Source: an uncultured Leptospirales bacterium | Lineage (GTDB): Bacteria > Spirochaetota > UBA4802 > UBA5550 | Assembly: GCA_964512685.1 (NCBI GenBank) | Contig: CAZEJW010000003.1 | Location: 3,168-67,167 of the forward strand | DNA: 64,000 bases | Reading direction: 5' to 3' | Shown: positions 19,121 through 29,135 of the stretch, in pieces | Layout: the number at the start of each line of letters is the position of its first letter | How positions within the stretch are numbered: position 1 is the first letter of the stretch | The notes under the pieces: model-generated | Told to the model about the DNA's origin: nothing | Seen by the model: only the letters and a program-made list of their open reading frames with translations | Databases searched by the model: none | Translations under genes and position numbers: made by a program

Positions 19121-19753
19121 TTATGCTTTAGACATAGAAAGATCGTCTTTTGAAAAAACATTCCCCCCCCTTCCCTTTACATGAAAATATTCCAGAATAT
19201 ATTTCAGCCTTGAAGCAGAATCCAGAGGAGATGAAAGTCTGTTATCCGAACGGGGAGAAAACTGCTGGATTCTTTTTACATTGAGACTCCTTTCATCAGG
19301 GTCGGTTTTAAAAATGTCACGTTTAAAAAGGAGAAATGTTTCATAAATAGATCTTATTATTTCTTCTGACTCGATAAGCTCTGCAAGATAGAGATTAGAA
19401 TCAGGATCATAGATATTTCTCGAAAAAAACTTCAAAAGCTTGAGAACAATCTCAGGATAGAGATGAACGTTTATCAAAAGCCTGAGCCTGTTCTCAAGAT
19501 CAGCATCAGTAATCTTTCTCGTGGGATACGCCATATTCTCTATATGCACATACCCTGTCTGAATTTTAAAATAGGCGAAATCCAGCAGTTTATCGATTGA
19601 ATCTTTTTTAAGGAGGTCAACCTCTTCATAACTGGCCTCCAGAATTTTTTCAGCAATGGTTTCTATATCATTCGATTTTAACAGAATCTCAAAATTTATA
19701 TATCGGTCCTGTTTAAAATCCGGCACCACATAACCGTTCTCCTGATAACTCAT
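19121..19753 (-). CDS. hypothetical protein
   Basis: 210 aa; 10 nt downstream of the preceding minus-strand gene; no recognisable domain. Confidence 0.5.
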   Translation of the reverse strand: MSYQENGYVVPDFKQDRYINFEILLKSNDIETIAEKILEASYEEVDLLKKDSIDKLLDFAYFKIQTGYVHIENMAYPTRKITDADLENRLRLLINVHLYPEIVLKLLKFFSRNIYDPDSNLYLAELIESEEIIRSIYETFLLFKRDIFKTDPDERSLNVKRIQQFSPRSDNRLSSPLDSASRLKYILEYFHVKGRGGNVFSKDDLSMSKA

Positions 19754-19763
19754 GTTTTCCCCT

Positions 19764-20612
19764 TTAAAAATCAGCCTTCAGAGACAGTCTGATCTGCCTG
19801 TCCAGAGCTGAGCTGCTGTTATACTCATGTACATCCCTCATTGCACCAACCAGAGAATACTGGTAGAAGGATAATTCCACAAGTGAAAAAAATGCAATCT
19901 GAAAAATATCTTTCTGTCTGTATCCATGATAAATAAGGCCTATAAAAAGCGCATTACTGCACAGAGACAACACACCGTTTCCAATATTGCCGGTATAAAA
20001 ATGCCCAAAACCCGGAAGAACAAGAGAACCCAGAACAGCGACCTTCATACTCTTTCGTGGTCTGTTTATCTCGTTCAGAATCAGACCCTCAAGCTCATCG
20101 GCTTTTCCGGCATATTTACCTTCGGGATACTTTTCCCTGTAAGTCTTCATGTCATCGATTACACCCTCGTAATCATGGATAAGAGCTTTCGCATAACCTT
20201 TATAAATTAAGACATCTTCACTGAATCTACCAGAGGGATACACATAATCATATTTCTGAAATGTTCTCAGAGAAAAAAAAGGAGAACCAAGAGAAAGCCT
20301 CATGTATCCAAGCCTGCAGAGAGATGCTTCTCCGTAGTACGTTGCAGGGAAACGGTCAAAGCATCCCTGAAAAGAGTCAGAAGCCGCTGAATAGTTATCG
20401 CCCCTGAAATATGCATTTCCCATTATAAAAAGACTTTGGGGATACAGATCGCCCTCAGGGTAGATAAACTGATATCTCATGGCCTCTGAAACAGCACTGT
20501 GATACATTCCCCTGGAATAATATTCAGAGGCCATGCTGATTATTTCTTTTTCTCCCGCCAGAAGGACAATTGAATTTAGCAAAAAAAATATGAATAGAAT
20601 AAGTTTTTTCAC
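19764..20612 (-). CDS. TPR-like repeat protein with C-terminal membrane hairpin
   Basis: Signal sequence, TPR-like Y/A-rich repeats, C-terminal LVLPGFGHFYTG motif plus hydrophobic segments; paralogue of the upstream gene. Confidence 0.55.
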   Translation of the reverse strand: MKKLILFIFFLLNSIVLLAGEKEIISMASEYYSRGMYHSAVSEAMRYQFIYPEGDLYPQSLFIMGNAYFRGDNYSAASDSFQGCFDRFPATYYGEASLCRLGYMRLSLGSPFFSLRTFQKYDYVYPSGRFSEDVLIYKGYAKALIHDYEGVIDDMKTYREKYPEGKYAGKADELEGLILNEINRPRKSMKVAVLGSLVLPGFGHFYTGNIGNGVLSLCSNALFIGLIYHGYRQKDIFQIAFFSLVELSFYQYSLVGAMRDVHEYNSSSALDRQIRLSLKADF

Positions 20613-21511
20613 CTGAAAAGACCTCTGCTGTCAATGTAATTCAGAGGCTGATACTGCGGTATAAATCTTCTGCTGTAATTTTCACGAAAACTATCATCAA
20701 ATTTTCTGTTAAATGCTTTTGCTGCATTACATGCAGAATAAATATTGCCGCCATAGAAAAGACCTGAAAATACACCAAAGGTAACGCAAAGGCCCCTTTC
20801 ACCTTTCCTGTAAAAAAATACTGATGCTGCTGCTGTTACTGCAACACCTGCAAGACAGATCAAGGCATCTGCATAACGTCCCGACCAGGCCTGTCCCGCC
20901 CCCGGTACAACCGCTGAAAGAACACCGGCAATAACAGGAGAACGATATGGAATATCCCTGTATTTAATGAGTTCACTGATCAGTTCGTTCTTTGGAAGAC
21001 GGCATACATTGTCAGGAACTTCTTTTTCAATCAAAGACAGAGCGGCCTGATATTCTCCTGAATATAAATAATCATAGATTTTGTATAAGAGCAAATGATC
21101 TGTCTGTTTTTCAGTAAGCGTTTCTTTTCTAACATTCATGATGGCTTTTCTGCTTTCATCCTGAAGGCCCAGTTTAAAATAAGAGCGGGCCAGGAGAATA
21201 CCTGTTTTGAAATCATCAGGATTGCCGTATTTAGTAATTCTGTAAACAGAAGTTCTGTACTGGCCTCCCATAAAATAACATGAACTTATCAAATAATTAT
21301 ATTCACTTTTTTCCCTGGTGCTGAAATTTCCATATTTCAGCAAACGTTCCGTTTCGGAAATACATTCATAGTAATTCTCTGACTCAAGAAGTCTCTTTAC
21401 AAAGGTTTTCTGTTTATCAATAAAGGTATTGGCGTCAGCAAATACAGGAACACTGTTAAACAATAATGCAACTGACAGAACAAAAAATATCGGAGGTGAA
21501 AATTTTTTCAT
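20609..21511 (-). CDS. TPR-like repeat protein with C-terminal membrane hairpin
   Basis: Signal sequence, repeat region, C-terminal AVVPGAGQAWSG motif plus hydrophobic segments; 4-nt overlap with the next gene. Confidence 0.55.
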   Translation of the reverse strand: MKKFSPPIFFVLSVALLFNSVPVFADANTFIDKQKTFVKRLLESENYYECISETERLLKYGNFSTREKSEYNYLISSCYFMGGQYRTSVYRITKYGNPDDFKTGILLARSYFKLGLQDESRKAIMNVRKETLTEKQTDHLLLYKIYDYLYSGEYQAALSLIEKEVPDNVCRLPKNELISELIKYRDIPYRSPVIAGVLSAVVPGAGQAWSGRYADALICLAGVAVTAAASVFFYRKGERGLCVTFGVFSGLFYGGNIYSACNAAKAFNRKFDDSFRENYSRRFIPQYQPLNYIDSRGLFR

Positions 21512-21520
21512 AATATAATA

Positions 21521-21943
21521 TCAATACCCGCCTGTAAGACTCTCCGGCACAGGATCTTTCCCCGGCGGATAGTAAGGATTACATCTGATAAGTCTCTCCC
21601 CTGCCATTACAGCGCCAACAAAGGCCCCGAATCTTTCAACAGCTCTTTTTGCATAAACAGAACAAACCGGATCAAACCGGCAATTAGGACCATCCTGGGG
21701 AGAGATGCAAACCTGAAAAAATCTTATAAGAAAGAAAGCACCTGTCTGAGGTCCATTGTACAAGTTCAAAACAGGCCTCAATTTTTCTGAATCTTTCTTT
21801 TTTGGGGGATGAAGAAGCAGTATGACATTTTCATCACCAATCCTTACATCCTTTATCCATGGCCCGAACTCTCCGGATACTGCACAGACTGGTGATGCAA
21901 TGACAAAACAGATAATGACAATATTGATTAAAACAACCTTCAA
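21521..21943 (-). CDS. yidD: membrane protein insertion efficiency factor YidD, N-terminally extended
   Basis: CRFDPVCSVYAKRAVERFGAFVGAVMAGERLIRCNP matches the YidD signature (CRF.PTCS.Y ... RCHP). Confidence 0.8.
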   Translation of the reverse strand: MKVVLINIVIICFVIASPVCAVSGEFGPWIKDVRIGDENVILLLHPPKKKDSEKLRPVLNLYNGPQTGAFFLIRFFQVCISPQDGPNCRFDPVCSVYAKRAVERFGAFVGAVMAGERLIRCNPYYPPGKDPVPESLTGGY

Positions 21944-22286
21944 CAGAGTTTCCTTTAGAATGATATTTGACCGATGAGTATATACACCATTTGCACCTTT
22001 GTTTATGATAAGTCAAGTTTTTGTTATCTGCAATTCACTGCAGTTGATGATGAGAATTCAATTTCAACATGCAACAAATCTGCTGCCGGAGTACCATATA
22101 GTTGAACATTGATGAATTAAAGTTTTAATTTTACCTTGTGAATACAGTTTCCGGCAAAATCAGACATCTTATCAGAGGACTGCAATAATTCCCTGTTTCC
22201 GGATACCCATAAGATACTTGACAGGCAAAACATCACAATTAATCTGATTGATTCAATCAAAAAAATTCAACTATAGATGGTCAATT

Positions 22287-23138
22287 ATGTCAGACAGAAA
22301 ATTATCAATATTCCTTTTCAGGATAATACCAACCAATCTTCTTTCAAGGATATTCGGAATTATAACCGATATACCGTTCCCCGGATTCATTCTGAACAGG
22401 GTTATAGACTGGTATTGTAATAAATTTTCAGTAAAAAAAGATGAAATGCTTATTCCGGATGAAGGATTCAGAACCCTGGATAAATTCTTCACAAGGGCCC
22501 TCAAACCCGGAGTCATAATACCCGACAATTCACCAGACGCTATTGTATCTCCTGTTGATGCAAGGATCGATCAGTTTGGAAAGATCGAGACAGATAGTAT
22601 TATGCAGGCAAAAGGCCTGGATTATACGCTTAAGGACCTTCTTCCGTCTTCTTTTGCTGAGAATTTCATAAACGGCAGTTTCATAACCCTGTATCTATCT
22701 CCCGGGGATTATCACAGAATCCACTCTCCTGTAAAAGGAATTGTAACAGGTTATAATTATATTCCCGGAAAACTCTTCACAGTACAGGAATACATGGCAA
22801 AGGGCCTTCCGGGTCTCTTCAGCAAAAATGAAAGGCTCATTACGTATATGGATTCTTCAGCAGGAAGAATTGCAGTGTGCAAAATAGGGGCCATGAATGT
22901 AGGAAGAATATCCCATTCTTTTTCTGATGTTGTTACTAATAAAACCTTCAGGAAGAAGAAAGAAATCCTGTTTAATAAGGGCAATACATCCCCTGTAAAT
23001 GCCGGTGATGAACTGGGAATATTCCACCTCGGTTCCACAGTAATCATTCTTTTTGAAAGAGACTCCATTGAGTTTTCAGATTTCACAGAAGGGAACACCG
23101 TCAGAGTTGGCCAGAGAATCGGACATATTACCAGGTAA
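22287..23138 (+). CDS. psd: phosphatidylserine decarboxylase proenzyme
   Basis: LSPGDYHRIHSPV and the LGST self-cleavage site (FHLGSTVI); ATG at 22287 preferred to the upstream TTG. Confidence 0.9.
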   Translation: MSDRKLSIFLFRIIPTNLLSRIFGIITDIPFPGFILNRVIDWYCNKFSVKKDEMLIPDEGFRTLDKFFTRALKPGVIIPDNSPDAIVSPVDARIDQFGKIETDSIMQAKGLDYTLKDLLPSSFAENFINGSFITLYLSPGDYHRIHSPVKGIVTGYNYIPGKLFTVQEYMAKGLPGLFSKNERLITYMDSSAGRIAVCKIGAMNVGRISHSFSDVVTNKTFRKKKEILFNKGNTSPVNAGDELGIFHLGSTVIILFERDSIEFSDFTEGNTVRVGQRIGHITR

Positions 23139-23216
23139 ACCGGATGAGTAAAAATTTCTTGCTCTTCTCTCTTTTTGGTGTAATCTAAAAAGAAAACAAC
23201 ACCACGGAGGAGAAAT

Positions 23217-23921
23217 ATGCCCAGATACAAATCAATGAGAAGATACATTGACTCTCAGGTCAAATTCTGGGAGCAGAGCCGGGAAAAAACATCAGAACAA
23301 AAGGATAAACCCCTTCCTTTTGTAACAATATCCCGTGAATATGGCTGCGGAGGATATGAAACCGGATCAAAACTCGCAGAAAAATTCAACTCAGGAAACC
23401 CCGGCCTTCTTTGGGCTGCATATGACAATCAACTGATCGACAGAATAATGGACGACATGGGTCTTTCTTCCACCCTTGCAGAAACACTTACCAGTTCTGC
23501 AAGAAAAGCCATAACCAATCTCATTCAGACCAGCTTCAGTAAATTTCCCCCTCAGGTTGCTGTTTACAGAAAACTTGCAGAAATAATCAGGATACTGGCA
23601 GATAACGGGCATGTTATTATAATCGGGCGATCAGCAAATCTTATAACTCAAAACCTCAAGGGAGGATACCACATAAGACTCGTTGCCTCCATGGACTGGA
23701 AAACAGAAAGAATATCATCGATCTTTGGTATAACGAAAAATGAAGCAAGAAAGAAAATCGATGAAAAGACAAAAGAAAGGGAAAGCTTTATCAGGGAATT
23801 TATTAAATATGATATAACTGACCCGCATAATTATGATCTTGTCATAAACAATTCGGCCCATACAAGTGATGAGGTCACAGATATTATTATTGAATCCATG
23901 AGAATCAAGAAACTGCTCTGA
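23217..23921 (+). CDS. cytidylate kinase-like family protein
   Basis: VTISREYGCGGYETGSKLAEKF P-loop-like N-terminus typical of the Cytidylate_kin2 family. Confidence 0.7.
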   Translation: MPRYKSMRRYIDSQVKFWEQSREKTSEQKDKPLPFVTISREYGCGGYETGSKLAEKFNSGNPGLLWAAYDNQLIDRIMDDMGLSSTLAETLTSSARKAITNLIQTSFSKFPPQVAVYRKLAEIIRILADNGHVIIIGRSANLITQNLKGGYHIRLVASMDWKTERISSIFGITKNEARKKIDEKTKERESFIREFIKYDITDPHNYDLVINNSAHTSDEVTDIIIESMRIKKLL

Positions 23922-23978
23922 CAGCTGCATTGTGAATCCTTAGGGATCGCAAATTGATATCTCATTACCTGGTAAATT

Positions 23979-24497
23979 ATGGACTATTCAGAAACAATTA
24001 TTTTTGAGAAAGGCGAACATACTCTCTTTTTCGATCCTGTGCGCGCAATACTGCTCTGCCGTGAAACCGGAAGCGGCAGAAACATCTGGGTAAAGAAGGT
24101 CGAGAATATTTTTGATGTTACTGAAATAACAGAAGACGACCTTCTCTACTTCGTTGCTTTTGAGCGGGATTACAATCATGGCGAATTTCATGCAATTGAA
24201 AAATTGAACGGCACAACAGTATGGAATATTCCCGGCAGGTGTTTTCTTCAAAAAATTCATATGGATTATCTGTATACGATCTTTATAGATGAAGAAAACA
24301 GATTCTATCTTCTCAAAATCAATCCGGAAAACGGAGATCCGCTTTGGCATCATCAAGTTGACGCCGACCTTTCTGAATATCATATCAAAAAACATTCAAT
24401 AATTCTTCGATACAGCTCAGGTATAATTGAAAGGATTGATCCCGAAAACGGCCAAATGATTATAAAAGCAGAAAAGAAATATAAGAACACTATATAG
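23979..24497 (+). CDS. hypothetical protein (possible PQQ-like beta-propeller repeats)
   Basis: 172 aa with repeated G..(I/V/L)W blocks (GRNIWVKKV, GTTVWNIPG, GDPLWHHQV). Confidence 0.4.
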   Translation: MDYSETIIFEKGEHTLFFDPVRAILLCRETGSGRNIWVKKVENIFDVTEITEDDLLYFVAFERDYNHGEFHAIEKLNGTTVWNIPGRCFLQKIHMDYLYTIFIDEENRFYLLKINPENGDPLWHHQVDADLSEYHIKKHSIILRYSSGIIERIDPENGQMIIKAEKKYKNTI

Positions 24498-24642
24498 TAA
24501 TCATAAATTATTACTGCCTTTTATTGGCTTGACGAAACCAGTGGACTTCAATAATGAATAAAAACACAAAGTAATTCTGTTATAAACTGTAATTTCAAAA
24601 AAGAATCTTTAATATTATTGTAGCAGGTTTAAGGAAAAAAAT

Positions 24643-25107
24643 ATGCTCAACTACGAAATTGAAGATGCATACAAATCTCTGGCAATAGCGCGCTCACTTG
24701 ACAGCTACCGCTCACCATTCAGAGTGGTCGATGGGTACAGACTCATTGATAACGGTATAGAACCGGAGGCAACCGTACAGATTGAAGCAAATGGGGTCAT
24801 AATACATGAGGCATCTAACGGAAACGGTCCTGTAGATGCCCTGGCCAATGTACTTAAAAAAGCGCTCACGCCTCTCTTTCCGGTTATTGCATCGATCAAA
24901 CTCATCGATTACAGAGCAAAAATTCTCGACTCGCAAAGAGGAACCGGCACAGAGGTTGAAGTTACTATTATATTCTCTGACGGGAAAAAAGTCTGGAAGG
25001 TATACTCTCTTTCAGAAAATATCAATGCTGCATCATTTATTGTTCTTGTGGACGGATTCGAGTATGCTATTCTCAGGAACAATGAGATTCAGGTCTTTAA
25101 AGGATGA
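24643..25107 (+). CDS. stand-alone LeuA/CimA allosteric (LeuA_dimer-like) domain protein
   Basis: NGNGPVDALANVLKKAL ... LIDYRAKILDSQRGTGTEVEVTIIFSDG resembles the C-terminal regulatory domain of isopropylmalate/citramalate synthases; no catalytic TIM barrel. Confidence 0.6.
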   Translation: MLNYEIEDAYKSLAIARSLDSYRSPFRVVDGYRLIDNGIEPEATVQIEANGVIIHEASNGNGPVDALANVLKKALTPLFPVIASIKLIDYRAKILDSQRGTGTEVEVTIIFSDGKKVWKVYSLSENINAASFIVLVDGFEYAILRNNEIQVFKG

Positions 25108-25881
25108 TTCATCCGGAGCAATGATTGAATTGTATCGTTCTCCGGTTCGCTGAACAGTTACCCTTCTTTCAAAAAGAGAAGTCAACTTTTCATCAGTAAC
25201 ACCATCCCCTGCATTGCCACTGAAAAAGGTCTGCCCCTCTTTCAGCATGTATATTCCTGAAAAAAGTGATGTAATCTCCTCTATATGATGCGTAACGTAA
25301 ATCAACGTTGTGTTCCTGGTTAACGAAAGTTTTTCAACAGTCTCGAGAAGATCTTCGCGTGAGGAAAGATCAAGATTCACGCATGGTTCATCGAGGATGA
25401 GAAGTTCAGGATTTGCAGCAAAAGCCCGTGCCATAAGCACCTTCTGTTTTTCTCCATCAGAGAGGATTCCAAACCTGTCTTCTGCTCTTGAATGCAGACC
25501 AATACCTTCAAGTAATTTCACAGCTTTTTCTCTTTCTCGCGGAGAAGGCTCATCAAAGAGACCAATTGAAGCATAAAAGCCTGAGAGTATTATATCACCA
25601 ATCTTTTCACTCTCATAAAACATCTTTTTCAGGGGCGAACTCACATATCCGATTCTTTTTCTGAGCTCTCTCATATCATAACCTGGGGACTTCATGCCAA
25701 ACCTTTCAACAATCCCCTCTGTCTGATAAAGATATCCCATTATAATCTGAAGAAGAGTGGTCTTTCCTGAACCATTTCTGCCAAAAAGAACCCAATTTTC
25801 ATTCTTTTTGATGTGCCAGTGGATATTTTGAAGAATAACAGAATTATCACGGATGAATGATACATCCTCAAGAATAATCAT
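25033..25881 (-). CDS. ABC transporter ATP-binding protein (no adjacent permease)
   Basis: Walker A GRNGSGKTT, signature LSDGEKQKV, Walker B LLILDEP. Confidence 0.85.
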   Translation of the reverse strand: MIILEDVSFIRDNSVILQNIHWHIKKNENWVLFGRNGSGKTTLLQIIMGYLYQTEGIVERFGMKSPGYDMRELRKRIGYVSSPLKKMFYESEKIGDIILSGFYASIGLFDEPSPREREKAVKLLEGIGLHSRAEDRFGILSDGEKQKVLMARAFAANPELLILDEPCVNLDLSSREDLLETVEKLSLTRNTTLIYVTHHIEEITSLFSGIYMLKEGQTFFSGNAGDGVTDEKLTSLFERRVTVQRTGERYNSIIAPDESSFKDLNLIVPENSILESVHKNNK

Positions 25882-25925
25882 TTTAAAACCTTTTCATTAA
25901 AAATAAACTGAGGGCCAAATCAGAA

Positions 25926-28900
25926 CTACCTGTTTCTCATTTCATGCCTGTAGATATCGATACTGTAGGGAATATTTTCATCAATAATTGGATCGATCTT
26001 TCGCCCGGGTTTGTACGACCTTGCCATATTCACTCTTGCGAATTCATTCTCTCTGTCTAGCCTTTTTGCATAATCAATGGCTTTCCAGTAGCTTACAGAA
26101 CTCTTTGAATCATCACCATGTATCTGGTAAACAGCTCCCAGGTTATTATATACAGAAGCAAGGGTCTGAAAGAGTTTTACGTGTTCGGTTCTTTCAGGGT
26201 CCGGTTTTTTTATTTTCTCAGTCTGAAATTCAAGATAAGAAACCAGCTTGAGATACTCTCCTCTTGCTGCTTCATGATTTCCCTTGTGATAGTAGGCATT
26301 CCCCAGAGCATACATAAGCTCAGGCCTGTTGACAAAATCCTCATAAAGATTGAGCCACTGATCCAGCGCATCAGAGTAAAGCCTGTTCAGGTAATAGACT
26401 CTGCCCAGGTTGTAGTGAACCTCAGATGATTCAAAACCTGACTTTATTGCCATTTCATACTTTTCACGGGCAACATTGTAATTAGCCATCTTTTCAATTT
26501 CATCATCAAGCAATTCATCATCAAGATCGCCAAAACGGTACTTAACCTTATCAAAAAAATAATAAAAGATATTACCCATTACAGCATAGGTTTTTCCTAT
26601 CTTTTCTGTCTCTTTATAGAAATCATCCCTTGTAAAATCCGGCTGTCTTCCATAAACCTCTATAGCCTTTTTAAGATATGAATACGACTCTACCGGCTGT
26701 TTAATATCATAATAATATTCTCCAAGAAGATGAAGAGCCGCAAAATAATCAGGAGAAAGGCTCAGCGCCTTCTTGAGATACCTCTCCATAACCGGATAAT
26801 TATTTTTCATTCTGTTCATTCTTGCATAATGAATCTGGAGTGGCGGATAATCCGGATCCCTTGCATTCAGGGCTCTCAGTACAGATAAAACTGCCGGGAA
26901 GGTGTTATCATCAATATCCTTCAGTCTGGGGGATTGAAGGCCATAGTCTACCCTGACATTCATGTCATCAGTCTTCCTCTTGCTGAGATAAAAATCAGCA
27001 AGCTTGGCAAGCAGAGCGGATGGCATTTCCTCGAGCATATCCCTGCTCTTCAGCTCAACATGAGTCTCTGACACCTTTGGAAAGGAATCTCTTTCAATAT
27101 AGAGATTAAGAAGGCCCGCAAAACCAACAACAGAATCCCTGTCTAACTTGAGTATATCTTCATAATAATTTCTGGCCTTGAGATATTCCCCCTGATAAAA
27201 ATAGGCATTCCCTATACCTACCATTGAAGAAATATTCTCCTTGTCGAGAACAAGTGCTCTTTTATAGAAATCTATTGCAACATCGAGCTGGGTCTTTTTT
27301 ATTCTGCTGTCTTTGGCTGCGGAATAATACTTTGCTGCAACCTGTCCCTCAACTCTTTTATAATCCCCGGCAGGCACTCTTGAATAATAATATCCCAGAT
27401 TATTAAGAGTATCTACATTCCTTTTGTCGAGTTCATATGCCTTATCAAGCTTGTTCAATGACCTGATGTATTCAGCCGGTTTTCGTCTGTCAAAATACGC
27501 CCGGCCATATCGGTTATAACCATCTATATAGTTCTTTTTGTAATTTTCATCTACATATCTGAAAATATTTTCCGCTTCTGAAAAATTTGATGTCCTTCGG
27601 GCATAATCCCCAGGCTTCATGATAAGGGCCACGCCTTCGCTGATCTTTTTCTTTGCCATCATTGGTTTATATATGTACTGATAACCCAGTACGGTAAGAA
27701 CAAAAGCCAGAAGAGCGGCAGCAGAAAAAATCTTTGTAAGCCAGAGAAGCCTCTTCTGCCTTTCCCTGCCCTCTCTTGTGTATTCAGGCCTGGATGTTAT
27801 TACCCTTCTGCCTGTTGTGCCAATCTCTTCGGTAAATTCAATCTCTTCGGAAAGGGCTTCCTCAAGATAGTCTTTCACACTGCTTTCAGGCCTGCCGGAG
27901 ATTATCATATTGACAAGCTCATGTATCTGCCCTGCAGGAATCCTGTCGTTGATTATTGTGTCTTTTATTGCCCGGATCATACCGGGGTTAAAAAGCTGTA
28001 TGGCCTTTTTGAGTTTTTTTAATTCCTTTTCAGAGAGATCTGCACTTGGTTCCTCTGAAGCAGTCGGTTTAATCATTTCAGGGGTTTCATGTTCCGGACC
28101 TTCTTCATCCAAAGGTTCGATTACGAGATCCTCAGAAGACTCCTCTACAGGAGACAGATCGATGTCAGGCAGTTCTTCATCCCCGGCAACATCTTCTTCA
28201 AAGATTCCCAGATCGTCCTCGCCAATATCAAGGCCAGTATCAGCAGGCTCTTCAAAAGATACTGCTTCGGTTTCAATATCTTCAGAGATTCCCCCGGTTT
28301 CCGGTGCACCAATGCTGTCAAGATCGATATCCGGGATATCCGATGTGTCTGCATCAGCCATATCTTCTGCATCAGTTAGAGAAATATCCGAAAGGTCCGG
28401 GATTTCCTCGTCTTCTTCAAAAGTTATACCTGATTTTTCATCTGTGACTTCTTCAGAAAAATCCGATGCCTCCGAAATTTCCTCTTCAGGAAGAGAGACT
28501 TCAGCCTCGGGCTCATCCATACCAATGAATTCATCCTCAGCAAAATCAGTAGAGTCAAGAGACTCAGGTTCTCCTCTTGTAAGTTCATCAAGCTGTTCAA
28601 GAGGGGACCCTTCTCTCTTTGCTGCCTGCGGTTCTCCGGCTTCTTCAATGGAGATTATATCCGGGAGCTCTTCAGTTTCAGGAATAATGTTTTCAGGAGC
28701 GGTCTCATCAGAAACTTCATGAATGAGATTGGTTATATCTTCGATTTCTCCATCGAGAAATTCTTCAGGGCCTTCCTCTTTTATGTCTTCAGTAAATGAC
28801 AATTCTTCAGGGAATTCATCAAAGTCATCGGTTAGATCTTCAGCTTGAATTTCGATCTCTTCTGAAATTCCGATGTCTTCAGGCATTTCAATTGAAGAAA

Positions 28901-29135
28901 TCATATCCTCTTCAATACCTTCAAGTGCATCAGAAGGAAGATCCAAATCATCAGGTTCACCCGGGAAAAAATCCTCGACCCCGGCTACTGTTTCAGATGA
29001 AGCCGGCCTCTCCTGCAGAGGTTCTAATATTTCCTGCGCAGAAGGGGGCTCCTCTTCTGTAACAACAGAAATAATTCTATCAATCTCTGCCAGTTCTTCA
29101 GGGGTATATTCTATCGTTTCTTCAGTCTGAGCCAT
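25926..29135 (-). CDS. large TPR-repeat protein with hyper-acidic N-terminal region and one TM segment
   Basis: 1069 aa; first ~380 aa dominated by D/E/S/P; TM LLWLTKIFSAAALLAFVLTVLGY; C-terminal ~550 aa with many TPR-like repeats. Confidence 0.7.
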   Translation of the reverse strand: MAQTEETIEYTPEELAEIDRIISVVTEEEPPSAQEILEPLQERPASSETVAGVEDFFPGEPDDLDLPSDALEGIEEDMISSIEMPEDIGISEEIEIQAEDLTDDFDEFPEELSFTEDIKEEGPEEFLDGEIEDITNLIHEVSDETAPENIIPETEELPDIISIEEAGEPQAAKREGSPLEQLDELTRGEPESLDSTDFAEDEFIGMDEPEAEVSLPEEEISEASDFSEEVTDEKSGITFEEDEEIPDLSDISLTDAEDMADADTSDIPDIDLDSIGAPETGGISEDIETEAVSFEEPADTGLDIGEDDLGIFEEDVAGDEELPDIDLSPVEESSEDLVIEPLDEEGPEHETPEMIKPTASEEPSADLSEKELKKLKKAIQLFNPGMIRAIKDTIINDRIPAGQIHELVNMIISGRPESSVKDYLEEALSEEIEFTEEIGTTGRRVITSRPEYTREGRERQKRLLWLTKIFSAAALLAFVLTVLGYQYIYKPMMAKKKISEGVALIMKPGDYARRTSNFSEAENIFRYVDENYKKNYIDGYNRYGRAYFDRRKPAEYIRSLNKLDKAYELDKRNVDTLNNLGYYYSRVPAGDYKRVEGQVAAKYYSAAKDSRIKKTQLDVAIDFYKRALVLDKENISSMVGIGNAYFYQGEYLKARNYYEDILKLDRDSVVGFAGLLNLYIERDSFPKVSETHVELKSRDMLEEMPSALLAKLADFYLSKRKTDDMNVRVDYGLQSPRLKDIDDNTFPAVLSVLRALNARDPDYPPLQIHYARMNRMKNNYPVMERYLKKALSLSPDYFAALHLLGEYYYDIKQPVESYSYLKKAIEVYGRQPDFTRDDFYKETEKIGKTYAVMGNIFYYFFDKVKYRFGDLDDELLDDEIEKMANYNVAREKYEMAIKSGFESSEVHYNLGRVYYLNRLYSDALDQWLNLYEDFVNRPELMYALGNAYYHKGNHEAARGEYLKLVSYLEFQTEKIKKPDPERTEHVKLFQTLASVYNNLGAVYQIHGDDSKSSVSYWKAIDYAKRLDRENEFARVNMARSYKPGRKIDPIIDENIPYSIDIYRHEMRNR

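Noticed and set aside
27910-28722. 270-aa Ser-rich plus-strand ORF (and neighbours 28089-28379, 28796-29130)
   Set aside because: It is antisense to the hyper-acidic low-complexity region of the 1069-aa gene. GAA/GAT-rich coding yields long stop-free antisense frames, so this is a compositional artefact.
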